Assembly: GCA_046562895.1 (NCBI GenBank)
Contig: CM102164.1
Span: 32,651,842 to 32,715,841 of the forward strand
DNA: 64,000 nucleotides
Reading direction: 5' to 3'
Origin: Trichechus inunguis
Taxonomy: Eukaryota
Part shown: piece by piece, positions 11,176 through 22,312 of the stretch
Numbering within the stretch: the first letter of the stretch is position 1
Layout of the letters: every line of letters begins with the position of its first letter
Translations under genes and position numbers: made by a program
The notes under the pieces: model-generated
What the model was told of the DNA's origin: nothing
The model's database searches: none
Seen by the model: only the letters and a program-made list of their open reading frames with translations

Positions 11176-14100
11176 TTTGTCCTACTATGGTGGCTTGCAT
11201 TTTGGTGTGATGCTGGAAGCTATACCACCGTTATTACAAATAGCAGGAGGATCACTCATGGTAGGCAGGTTTCGGCTGAGCTTCCAGACTAAGACAGAGT
11301 AGAAAGAAGGGCCTGGTGGTCTACTTCTGAAAAAATAAGCCAGTGAAAATCTTATGAATACCAGCAGAACATTTTCTGATATTGTGCCAGGAGATGAGCC
11401 CCTCAGGTTGGGAGACACTAAAAATATGACTTGGGAGAGCTGCCACCTTAAAGCAGAGTCGACCTTAATGATGTGGATGTAGTCAAGCTTTCGGGACCTT
11501 CATTTGCTGATGTGGTATGGCTCAAGATGAGAAGAAACAGATGCAAATATCCATTAATAATAGGAACGTGGAATGTACGAAGACTGAATCTAGGAAAATT
11601 GGAAGTCCTCAAAAATGACATGGGAAGCATAAACGTCAGTATCCTAGGCATTAGTGTGCTTTAATGGACTTGTATTGGCCATTTTGAATTGGACAATCAT
11701 ATGGTCTGCTCTGCTGGGAATGACAAATTAAAAGAGGAATAGGATTATATTGATTGTCAAAAAGAACATTTTAAGATCTATCTTGAAGTACAACGATGTC
11801 AGTGATAGGATTATATCCATACGCCTACAAGGAAGACCAATTAATACGACTATTATTCGAATTTACTCACCAACCACTAAAGCCAAAGATGAAGAAATTG
11901 AAGATTTTTACCAACTTTTGCAGTCTGAGATTGATCAAACATGGAATCAAGATGCATTGATAATTACTGGTGATTGGAATGCAAAAGCTGGAAACAAAGA
12001 AGGAACAGTAGTTGGAAAATATGGCCTTTGTGTTAGAAATGATGTCAGATATCGCATGATAGAATTTTGCAAGACCAATGACTTATTCATTGCAAATACC
12101 TTTTCTCAACAATATAAATGACAACTATACATGTGGACCTTACTAGATGGAATCCACAGGAATCAAATCGGCTACATCTGTGGAAAGAGACAATGGAAAA
12201 GCTCAATATCATCAGTCAGAACAAGGCAGGGGCTGACTTCAGAACCGACCATCAATTGCTCATATGAAAGTTCAAGTTGAAGCTGAAGAAAATGCTTGAG
12301 TGTATTCCACTTGAATTTGAGACCATCTTGTGAATAGATTTGATGCATCAAACACTAATGACCAGACGAGTTGTGGAATGACATCAAGGAGTCATACATG
12401 AAGAAAGCAAGAGGTCATTAAAAGACAGGAAAGAAAGAAAAGACCAAAATAGATGTTAGAATAGACTCTGAAACTTGCTCTTGAACGTAGAGCAGCTAAA
12501 GTGAATAGAAGAAATGATGAAATAAAAGAGCTCAACAGAGGATTTGAAAGGGTGGCTTGAGAAGACAAAGTAAAGTATTATAATGAAATGTGCAAAGACC
12601 TGGAGTTATAAAACCAAAAGGGAAGAACACACTCAGCATTTCTCAACTGAACGTACTGAAGAGAAAATTCAACCCTTGAACTGCAATATTGGAGGATTCT
12701 ATGGCAAAAGTATTAAACGACACAGGAAGCATCAAAAGAAGATGGAAGAAATACACAGAGTCTATGTACCAAAAAAAAATTGGTTGACATTCAACAATTT
12801 CAGTAGTTAGTCTATGATCGAGAACTGATGGTACTGAAGGAAGAAGTCCAAGCTGCACTGAAGGCATTGGCAAAAAACAAGGCTACAGGAATTGACAGAA
12901 TACTAATTGAGATGTTTCAGCAAACGGATGCAGTGCTGGAGGTGCTCACTTGTGTATGGCAAGAAATTTGCGAGGGAGCTACCTGGCCAATCAACTGGAA
13001 GAGATCCGTATTTGTGCCCATTCCAAAGAAAGATGATCCGATAGAATGCAGAAATTATCTAGCAATATCATTAATATCACGCAAAAGTATAATTTTGCTG
13101 AAAACAATTCAAAACAGTTGCAGAAGTACATCAACAAGGAACTGCCAGAAATTCAAGCCAGATTCAGAAGAGGATGTGGAACAAGGAGGGATATCACTGC
13201 TGATGTCAGATGGATCTTGGCTGAAAGCAGAGAATACTAGAAATACTTTTGTTTTATTGACTATGCGAAGGCATTCGACTGTGTGGATCATAACAAATTC
13301 TGGACAACATTGCAAAGAATAGAAATTCCAGAACACTTAATGGTGCTCATGTGGAACCTGTATATAGACCAAGAGGCAATCGCTCAAACAGAACAAGAGG
13401 GTGCTGCATGGTTTAAAATCAGGAAAAAAGTGTCTTATGGTTGTATCCTTTCATTATACTCATTCAGTTTGTATGCTGAGCAAACATTTTGAGAAGCTGG
13501 ACTATATGAAGAAGAACGTGGCATCAGGATTGGAGGAAGACTCATTAACAACCCACGAAATGCAAATAACACAATCTTCGTTGCTGAAAGTGAAGAGGAC
13601 TTGAGGCTCTTACTGATAAAGATCACACAGTCTTCAGTATGGATTACACCTTAACATAACGAAAACAGAAATCCTCACACTGGACCAGTTAGCACCATCA
13701 TGTAAACGGAGAAAAAATTGAAGTTGTCAAGAATTGTGTTTTACTTGGATCCATAATCAACGCCCATGGAAGCAGCAGTCAAGAAATCAAACGATGCATT
13801 GCACTGGGCAAATCATCTGCAAAAGACCTCTTTAAAGTCTTAAAAAGCAAGGATGTCGTTTAAAGGTCTAAGGTGCTCCTAACCCAAGGCATGGTGTTTT
13901 CAATTGCCTCATATGCACTCAAAAACTGAACAATGAATAAGGAAGATCGAAGAGGAATTGATGCCTTTGAATTATGGTGCTGCTGTAGAATATTGAATAT
14001 ACTATGGACTGCCAGAAGAATGAATAAGTCTGTCTTGGAAGAAGTAAAGCCAGAATACTCCTTAGAAGCAAGGATGGCAAGATTTCATCTCATATACTTT

Positions 14101-14892
14101 GGACATTGTCTGTCTAGTGCTGCTATAACAGAAATACCACAAATGGATGGCTTTAACAAACAGAAATTTATTCTCTCACAGTCTAGTAGGCTAGAAGTCG
14201 AAACTCAGGACATCAGCTCCAGGGGAAGGCTTTCTCTCTCCTGTCGGCTCTGATGGAAGGTCCTTGTCATCAATCTTCCCCTGGACTAGGAGCTTCTCTG
14301 CACAGTAACCTCAGGTCCAAAGGACGTGCTTTGCTCCATGTGCTGCTTTCTTGGTGGTATGAGGTCCCCACTCTCCACTTGCTTCCCTTTCCTTTTATCT
14401 CTTGTAAGATAAAAGGTGATGCAGGTCACACCCCAGGTAAACTCCCTGTACGTTGGATCAGGGATGTGACCTGAGTGCGGGTGTTACATCCCACCCTAAT
14501 CCTCTTTAACATAATCTAATCTTGCCTCATTAACCACAGGCAGAGATTAGGATTTACAACACGTAGGAAAATTGCATCAATCATAAAATGGAGGACAACT
14601 GCACAGTACTGGGAATCATGGCCTAACCAAGTTGACACATTTTTGGGGGACATAATGCAATCTATGACAGACATGTTATCAGAAGGGACCAATCCTTGGA
14701 AAAGGACATCATGCTTGGTATAGTAGATGGTCATCGAAAAAGAGGAAGACCCTCAACGAGATGGATTGACACAGTGGCTGCAACAGTGGGCTCAAGCATA
14801 ACAATTGTGAGGATGGCGTAGGACCAGACTCTGTTTCATTTTGTTGGACATAGGGTAGCTATGAGTCTAAACTGAGTTGATGGCACCTAAAA
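11176..14892 (+). mobile_element. RTE/BovB-type LINE copy A (full-length-like, ~3.7 kb minus its nested insert), inserted into L1 no.2
   Basis: ORFs: AP-endonuclease 11750-12121 ('…LIITGDWNAKAGNKEG…'), RT 12828-13322 ('…ISLISRKS…ARFRRGCGTRRDITADVRWILAESREY'), C-terminus 13933+ ('MNKEDRRGIDAFELWCC…WTARRMNKSVLEEV'). Tail '…gatggcacctaaaaacat'. L1 sequence resumes on both sides with a ~20 bp diverged target duplication ('catttgt…gtctgtc'). Confidence 0.8.
14107..14670 (+). mobile_element. SINE-like ~560 bp repeat nested inside RTE copy A (same family as 48484-49000 and 60026-60542)
   Basis: It interrupts the RTE ORF between 'YFGH' and 'RRDQSLEKD' when compared with copy B at 25780. Short flanking duplication 'acat'. 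Begins 'tgtctgtctagtgctgctataacagaaatacc', ends '…ttttgggggacataatgcaatctatgacag'. Confidence 0.7.
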
Positions 14893-17800
14893 ACATTTGT
14901 TTAAAAGTCTGTCTTTCAACCATTCAATGGACTTAACTTCTTTGTCAAAGATTAGCTGACCATAGGTAGATGGATTTACCTTAGGGTTCTCAATTTTATT
15001 CCATTGATCTATGTGGCTGTCATTGTACCAGTACCAGGCTATTTTGACCACCATGACTGTATAGTAGGTTCTGAGATCAGGTAGTGTCACACCTCCTATT
15101 TTTTTTTTTTCAATTTTGCTTTGCTTATCCGGGACCTCTCTCCTTTCCATATAAAGTTGGTGGTTAGTTTTTCCATCTGGTTAAGGAATTGCTGTTGGTA
15201 TTTGGATCAAGAGTGCATTATATCTGTAGATCACTTTGGGTATAATTGATATTTTCACAATGTTGAGTCTTCCTATCCATGAGTATGGTATTTGTTTTCA
15301 ATTTATGTAAGTCTCTTTTGGTTTGTTGCAATAATGTTTTTTAGTTTTCTTTGTATTTGTCTTTTCCATCCCTGGTTAGATTTATTCTTAAGTGTTTTAT
15401 CTTTTTAGCGGCTATTATAAATGGTATTGTGTTCCTGATTTCCTTTGCAAAATTCCCCTTATGGGTGTATAGGTATCCAACTGTTTTTTGTAGGTTGATC
15501 CTGTATCCTGATATTGTGCTGAATCTATTAGTTCCAGTAGTTTTCTTGTGGAATCTTTGTGGTTTTCTATGTATAGGACCATATCATCTGCGAATAGGGA
15601 TAGTTTTACTTCTTCCTTTCCAATTTGGATGTCCTTTATTTCTTTTTCTTGCCTTATTGCTGTAGCTTTGTTGTCCAGCATAATGTTAAATAGGAGTGCT
15701 CCCGTTCTCAGAGGAAATGCTTTCAGCCTCTCTCTGTTGAGAATGATGTTTGCTGTTGGTTTTCTATAGATGTCCTTTATTATGTGGAAGAATTTGCCTT
15801 TTATTCCTATTTTATTGAGAATTTTTATTAGGAATATGTATTGGACTTTTATCAAATGCCTTTTCTGTGTTGATTTAGATGATCATGTGATCCTTTCTTT
15901 TGTTCTATTTATGTGGTGGATTACTTTGATTGATTTTCTAATATTGAACAATCCTTCCATACCTGGTATGAATCCCACTTGGTCATGGCATATTATTGTT
16001 TTGATGAGCTGCTGAATTCTATTGGCTAGAATTTTGTTGAGAACTTTTGCATCTATATTTATGAGGGATATTAGTCTTGATTGCGTCCCGCCTAATTCTT
16101 AGGTTTGCTTCATTCTTTTCTCTGATTTTTCCTCCAACAAAGCGGTTTCTATGGATTTGTGTTCAATCTCATTGATTCTGTCTTCTGTTGTTTCAGACTG
16201 GCTCCTATAACCTTCTATTGAGTTGTCCATTTCTGAAATTTTGTTGTTTATCTTTTGGATTACTACTTGATGTTTTTGTATGATTTCTAATTATTTTTAT
16301 TTTTTTGATATTTTGTTCTTTCATTATTTTATTGAATTCTTCTATTGCTCCATCTGTGTTTTCCCTGATTTTGGCTATATTTTCATTGGTTTTGTCTGTG
16401 TTTTGCATGATTATGCCTAATTTTTCCTTGGTTTTTTCTTTTTTTAAAATCTATTTCCTAATATCTCTCAGAGAGCCCTATGGAGTCTTTTAAACTCCAT
16501 ATCAAGTAGTTCCACGGCTGTTTCTTCTCTACTGGAGGATCATCTGATTCTTTATTTTCGTCATTTTCTGGAGTTCTCTTGTCCTGCTTCTTTATATGCT
16601 TTAATATTGTCTGCTGTCTCTGAGACATTAAGGTATTATTTTCTTTCTTTATTGATTGTATGTTCATTTATTTCATTCTGCTTCTTTGTTTTGTTTTGAT
16701 ATGTCAGCATGGCTTGGTGGGCCAGGCATGCTTTTCTGCTTGCTTGTATGTGGCCATGATAGCTCTGACTGCCTTGTCCGGGTAGGCAGGGCAGCTGTAG
16801 GCAGGGTAATCCTGCTTTACTGGTTTGGTGAGGTGGCTGAGGGAGAACTGGGCGGGCACTGTCTGCCTCCTGATGTTGGTCCAATAGTGTGGGAGTACTC
16901 ACAGCCCTGTGCCATCTAGGTGGACGTATAAGACAAGTAGTGGTATGGGCTTACTTCCCACTGTTCAGCAGCTTGTCTTGTGATGGGTAGGGAGGGGTAG
17001 TGTGGGCCTGGTGCAGTGGTGGGCCTTTGAGCTGAGGATGCTGTAGGTGCGGCAGCATGGTGGGTCTGGCAGGAAGGGAGTGGCATATAGGGCTAGGTTG
17101 GGGGAGAAAGAAAGGAAAAATGGGAGAAGAAAAAAAGATACCCAGCTGGTGGGGGTGGGGTAGACTTGGGGACTGACAGGAAGGGTGGGGAGGTGCTATA
17201 CAGGGCTAGGTGGGAGGTAGAAAGAAAATAGAGAAAAGGAAAAGAGGAAAAAACTATATACGGCAACGCAGTGGTGGCCAGTGGGTGGGGATGGGGCTGA
17301 CCTGGAGCAGCTGCGTGTTGATGTGCCAGTGGTACTTTATTCGTGGCAGCATGGCAGGGCCACTGGGAAGCATAAGGGGCTAGTTCGGAGGGAGAAAGAA
17401 AAATGAGAAAGGAAATAAGAGGGAAAATATGGTGGCACAATGAGGGCCGGAGAGTGGGGGCAGGGTGTACCCAGGGGCCAGTGGAAGGGAGGGGAGGTGA
17501 TGTAGTGGGTTAGGTGGGAGGGAGAAAGAAAAGAAAGAAAAAGAAAAAATGGCAGTGTGGTGGGTGCCACAGATGGGGCAGGGTGAATCAAGGGCAGTGG
17601 CCGGCCAGTACGCCAGTGGTTCTCTAGCCATAGTGGTGTGGCAGGGTCCGGTGGGGAGGGAGGTAGGTGATGTACAGGGCTAGGTGTGAGGGAAAAAGAA
17701 ACGGAAGAAAGAGAAAAATAAATAGATAAACTGGCTGCAAGGTGGGGGCCAGTGAGTAGGGGTGGGGTGGGCCTAAGCGCCAGTGGGAAGGGAGGGGAGG

Positions 17801-18425
17801 TGATGTATGGGGCTATGTGAGAAGGAGAAAGAAGACAAAGAAAAAAAAGCAAAGAAAAAAATGACATTTTGGTGGGAGCCAGTAGGTAGGGGTGGGGAGG
17901 ACTTGGGGCAGCAGTGGCCTGGTGGCTTTTTGCTGCTGTGGTTCAGTGGGGGCTTGCAGGAAGAAGTGAGGGTGGCATATGGGCTAGGTGGTAGGGAGAA
18001 AGAAAAGGGAGAAAAATGGTGGCATGTCAGGAGCTGATAGGTGGGCACAGGGCCGACCCAGGGTGGTGGTGGGCCAGTGGCCCTCTAGCAGAGCCCAGCT
18101 GGACAGTGTGGAGGTGGTGCATGGGGCTAGATGGGAGGGAGAAAGAAAGAAAAGAAATGGAGAAAAATGAAATAAAAAATGGCCTGGTGGGAGTCTGCAG
18201 GTGGGGGCTGGGCGGACCTGGGGCGTTGGTTGGCTGGTAGGCAGGTCTCTAGCTGCAGTGGTGTGGTGTGGCATGGAGGAAAGGGGGGAGGTGTCGTACA
18301 GGGCTAGGTGGGAAGGAGAAGGAGAAGGAATAAAGGGAAAAAGAGAAAGAAAATGGTGTGGCAGGAGCAGGCAGGTGGGGATAGGGTGGCCCTGAGGTTG
18401 TGGCAGGTTGATCCCTCTTTAGCCC
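14893..18425 (-). mobile_element. L1 no.2, 5' portion: ORF2 middle and RT (14893-15855), internal deletion of the endonuclease/inter-ORF region (~15900-16200), ORF1 (16205-16902), monomeric 5'UTR (16900-18425)
   Basis: Minus-strand ORFs 14887-15150 ('…AWYWYNDSHIDQWNKIENP…'), 15415-15855 (RT N-terminal half), 16205-16408, 16458-16667 and 16636-16902 (ORF1-like). Collinear with L1 no.1, but the 4500-7200 equivalent is missing. Confidence 0.75.
16900..18415 (-). repeat. L1 no.2 5'UTR tandem monomer array: G/GA-rich on the + strand, alternating ~130 and ~170 bp sub-units giving a ~300 bp higher-order monomer, about 4.5 copies
   Basis: The anchor 'gggctaggtgggagggagaaagaaa' recurs at ~17091, 17214, 17378, 17511, 17680, 17811, 17981, 18125 and 18301, spaced 123/164/133/169/131/170/144/176 bp. 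Confidence 0.75.
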
Positions 18426-18569
18426 GGTGGTTTCAGTATCACTTAATACTAATTTTTAATTGAGAAATAAATGCTTCTGTAGTCTTAAGCCATACACTCT
18501 TCTGTACTGAAATTTGTCATGTTTTCATTAGGATATATATTACGAACCTGTAGAAAGAACTTTATTTAT

Positions 18570-18720
18570 TTACTTATTTAATTGTACTTTAGATGAAGGT
18601 TTACAGAACAAACCAGCTTCTCATTAAACAGTTAGTACACATATTGTTTTGTGACACTATTTACCAGCTCCACGACATGTCAACACTTTCCCCGTATAAA
18701 GAGATTTTTAGTGTCATATC
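18570..18720 (-). mobile_element. Short L1 3'UTR fragment
   Basis: 'ttaattgtactttagatgaaggtttacagaacaaacc…ttgttttgtgacac…acgacatgtcaaca' matches the L1 3'-terminal segment. Confidence 0.55.
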
Positions 18721-18949
18721 TGCCGTAAAAGCTAGAAATGATTCTAAAACTAATGTACATTTTGCAAATTAGGATAAATAATGTTCTTTTTTGTGACTAT
18801 AACATGATTGTAATATCTTTTGTTTTTTTTAATAATGCCCAATTCTCCTACAATTTGCATGTAGAACAATGTTAAATTCACTGTCAGTTAGATTCACTGA
18901 GAGGAGAGTCCTTAAAAACTATGGCTTGAAATCTGTTTTTTTCTGTAGG

Positions 18950-19081
18950 ATGACTGTGGGAATCTTTGCAAATTGTACCTTCTGTTTGAAAGTCAAGTAC
19001 TTACCTCGACAGCAGAAGAAAAAGCTACAAACTGACATTAAGGAAAATGGTGGAAATTTTTCATTTTCATTACATCCCCAG
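18950..19081 (+). CDS. PARP4: PARP4 first coding exon (start codon; BRCT domain N-terminus): MTVGIFANCTFCLKVKYLPRQQKKKLQTDIKENGGNFSFSLHPQ
   Basis: Polypyrimidine tract plus AG (18947-18948) immediately before the ATG at 18950; donor GT at 19082. Matches human 'MVMGIFANCIFCLKVKYLPQQQKKKLQTDIKENGGKFSFSLNPQ' (from memory). Ends in phase 0. Confidence 0.85.
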
Positions 19082-20159
19082 GTATTTGCAAATTTTATAA
19101 GAACTGTATGACCAACATCCTGCATTATGGGAACGTGGGTCATGGTAAATAGAGTAAGCAGAGAAAATTTGGCAGCAGAAGAATGGCAGTGATTACAGGA
19201 GAGTCAGTGAAGGCAGAAAAAATTGTGACATTGCTAATGTGGAAGTTGGGCCAGGGACGGTCAGTAGAGGGAAGACAGCCTGGTCCTGTCTTCTCCCTGT
19301 TTCAGTCAGTTGTGCAATGATTCCAGATGCCTGTGGATCTGATATTATTAGAGCACAGCTGAAGATGTAAATAGAAATAATTTCAGGCTAACCAAAAATG
19401 TTGTCAAAGGAGAAAAGTCATAGCACATTTGCAAAAAGAATGCTGTAGTCTCTGGTTAAAATGTCAACTCTAGTGATACCTTTAAGTGTGGCTCATGGTG
19501 GATAGACACAAAAATATGCAGTGTGAACTGGTCTCTGGGGTATAACTTGTACTGTGTGTTTTGTTTGTTTAAGGCTAAAAGAAGCTACCTTCCATTTCTT
19601 GAAATAAACTGTAGGCCCTGATAGTTTAGATATAAAATTTCAAAGCTAGATGAATCTTGACAATAATTAAGGCTAACCTCTTTTTCAACCACATCATTGT
19701 AAGAAGTAAAAAATTGAAGTCCAGAGGTTCTTTACAGGTCCAATTAGGTCACGGGGCTACAAATGTAGGGCCTGACTCTCAGGGTTCTTCCCTCTATTGA
19801 TCAGGTTGACCTAGTCATCTGCTCCCCCCAGGACCCCCCAGCCCTGGGGCATGGTGATAGGTGAGTAGCGTTTGTCCTGTGAAGCAAGTTCAGCTCCACC
19901 TGGATGCTGGGTTTTTCCCTAACGTTTAGTAGTTATTATGTGAATACCAGAAATAGAATGTTTCTGTTTTCCTCCAGTTTAGGCAGAATTGTATATACTT
20001 CCCTCATATGGCCTCCCTTACTTACCTGTTCTTACTATTTCTGTGGATGGATGAATAATTCGTACCTGTTATAAATTCTCATTTAATATTTTGGTGGAGA
20101 ACGCCAACATGATCTCTAATTCTTAGAAACTCTCACATACTATGAGTGCAACCTTTTTG

Positions 20160-20730
20160 GAAGTTATTTTGTCAATGTATATAAACATTTGAAATGTGCC
20201 TACCAGCTGTTGTATATGAGAGAGCCCTACAAGTTATGATGAGGAATGATCTCCAAAATAAATTGTTGAGTAGAAAAGCAAATATAGAAGAGTGTGTATA
20301 GTATGCTGTCATTTGTGGGTTAAAAGTATTTATGTGTGTTTGCCTATGTATGGAATATCTATCTCTAGAAGGACACATGAGGAACAGGTTACAGCAGGTG
20401 CGTCTGGAGAGAGGAACTGGGAACAATGGTGGGGGAGAAGTTAATATATTAATATTATTGTTATTTTACTTTTTAGATATTCAACAGTAAGCATGTACTA
20501 ATTATTCAAAAATAAATTAATGAAATTACACATTAACAAATTAAAATAAATAAATAAATAATGAATACCCTTTGAACCTCCCATTCACTCCTATGGAAAT
20601 AATGGAACAAGTGCACAAAGAGTTATACATGCGGATGTTCATCACAGTATTGTTTACAATAGTGAAAATTTGGATACATCCTCTAGGATTGGCTAATCAA
20701 TTATGGTACACCCATACACTTTAAAAACAC
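20160..20730 (+). mobile_element. Old, rearranged L1 fragments in PARP4 intron (a 3'UTR-like piece 20160-20460 and an ORF2 C-terminal piece 20560-20730)
   Basis: 20560-20730 translates to '…MFITVLFTIVKIWIHPLG…QLWYTHTL', compare L1 '[11 protein letters not shown]…WYIHTMEY'. 20395-20440 resembles the post-ORF2 'gagggagaggagaagtgggaggg' segment. Confidence 0.4.
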
Positions 20731-20898
20731 ATGATTTTTCTTTTAACTTCTATATAGCTATAAATTATATTATTTATAAAAGTTTTAGAAATCAGAGAAA
20801 AATTACCACAAATTAACTTCAAACAAGACTTTTTAAGGGTGAAAGTTATTTAAACATGTTTTTACTAGTGCATAATGGACTGATTCTTTTATTCATAG

Positions 20899-21100
20899 TG
20901 CACGCATATAATCTTAGACAATGCTGATGTTCTGAGTCAGTATCAAATGAAATCTATCCAAGAGAAACATATCCATATTGTAAACCCAGATTTCATATGG
21001 AACTCTGTCAAAGAAAGGAGACTCTTGGATGTAAAGAATTACAATCTTAATAATTCATTGGAAATCTCACTACCTCCTGGTCAAAAGGAAAGCAGTTCTG
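20899..21100 (+). CDS. PARP4: PARP4 coding exon 2 (rest of BRCT): CTHIILDNADVLSQYQMKSIQEKHIHIVNPDFIWNSVKERRLLDVKNYNLNNSLEISLPPGQKESSS
   Basis: Acceptor AG 20897-20898, donor 'gtaagt' at 21101. Matches human 'CTHIILDNADVLSQYQLNSIQKNHVHIANPDFIWKSIREKRLLDVKNY…'. Ends in phase 1. Confidence 0.88.
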
Positions 21101-21670
21101 GTAAGTGTTTATTTCCCGTTAAGCACTTAATATGTTATAGGTGTACTGTGGAAAAATGAAATCCCACTACTCACACCAAATTTTAAGGATGAATTCAATT
21201 CTGTTACCTTCTGTTCCACTTCTGTCCAGACACCAGCTGCCCATGCAGCACTTCTTCCTCTGACCCTAACCACCTGGAGATAGGTCAGATCTTACAAGTT
21301 TCAAGGCATAGTCCTCCAGACTGCCAAGTCTGCCCAAGACCTCAGACGCCAGCCATAAGCTTGGGAGTTCCCATGACACCCTTACTTCTGACCTACTGGC
21401 CACGAATTCAGGGTTTTCTTACTACCCCCTCAGGATGCCAGCCATAAGCTCTGGGACCCCCTCCCCACTTCTGACCTGCTGGCTCCTACTACTTTCTTGG
21501 GTTCTATAATTCGCTAGAACGACTCATAGAACTCAGGAAAGTGCTAAACTTAATGATTACAGGTTTATTATAGCAAAAAGGATACAAGTGAAGAGACGTG
21601 TAGGGTAAGATCTGGGAGGGTTCCCAATGTGAAGCTTTCATGTCCCAAAAAGGGGTGTGCTACCTGAGTT

Positions 21671-21778
21671 CCCATGTGAATTGATGTCTGTCACCAGTCA
21701 GGAAGCCCCATGTGCATTGATGTCTGTCACCAGTCAGGAAGCCCCATGTGCATTGATGTCTGTCACCAACCAGGAAGC
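21671..21778. repeat. 36 bp unit x3 perfect or near-perfect tandem repeat ('cccatgtgcattgatgtctgtcaccagtcaggaagc')
   Basis: Direct reading of the sequence. It also shows up as a 12-aa x3 repeat in the spurious minus-strand ORF 21660-21869. Confidence 0.8.
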
Positions 21779-21966
21779 CCATGGAACTTTCATGTCCAGA
21801 GCATTTATTGGAGGTCTCATTACATAATTCAAATTCCAGCACCTCTCCCCTGAGGTAGGTTGATATCATGAGGTTGATATCGCATGGTAGGTCTTTCTGG
21901 CATAGTCAGCCCCCACCCAGCATGAGTCATAAACCCTTAGGTGTGGTCTGGAGTCCTCACAAAGAC

Positions 21967-22312
21967 ACTTTATTTTTATTTTTTTTTCTTTCTTTTTTTA
22001 ATTGTACTTTAGATGAAAGTTTACAGAACAAATAGTTTCTCATTAAACAGTACACATATTGTTTTATGACAATGGTTAACAACCCCACGACATGTCAACA
22101 CTGTCTCCTCTCAACCCTGGGTTCCCTATTACCAGCTTTCCTATCCCCCCCTGCCTTCTAGTCCTTGTCCCTGGACTGTTGTGCCCCATTATCCTTGTTT
22201 TGTTTTATGGGGCTGTCTAATCATTGGCTGAAGGGTGAACCTTGGGAGTGACTTCATTACTGAGCTAAAAGGGTGTCCAGGGGCCATGCTCTCGGGGTTT
22301 CTCCAGTCTCTG
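21967..22312 (-). mobile_element. L1 3'-end fragment (3'UTR) flanked by a target-site duplication
   Basis: Poly-T-rich start 'ttttatttttttttctttctttttttaattgtactttagatgaaagtttacagaacaaatag…' plus TSD 'tcacaaagacacttta'. Confidence 0.7.

Noticed and set aside
17093-18395. Pro/Ser-rich minus-strand ORFs (up to 176 aa) and Gly/Trp-rich plus-strand ORFs
   Set aside because: Translation of the G-rich L1 5'UTR monomer array. The apparent periodicity in the peptides only mirrors the DNA tandem repeat.
16900-18415. Regularly spaced direct repeats that superficially resemble a CRISPR-like array
   Set aside because: This is a eukaryotic sequence. The units are 130-170 bp and contiguous with L1 ORF1, with no short conserved repeat and unique spacer structure, so it is an L1 promoter monomer array.
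18869-18949. In-frame upstream extension of the PARP4 first coding exon (ORF-track Met at 18869, 'MLNSLSVRFTERRVLKNYGLKSVFFCR')
   Set aside because: Human PARP4 begins at the Met corresponding to 18950 (MVMGIF…). The extension is immediately upstream of a polypyrimidine/AG acceptor and has no similarity to PARP4, so it is most likely intronic.
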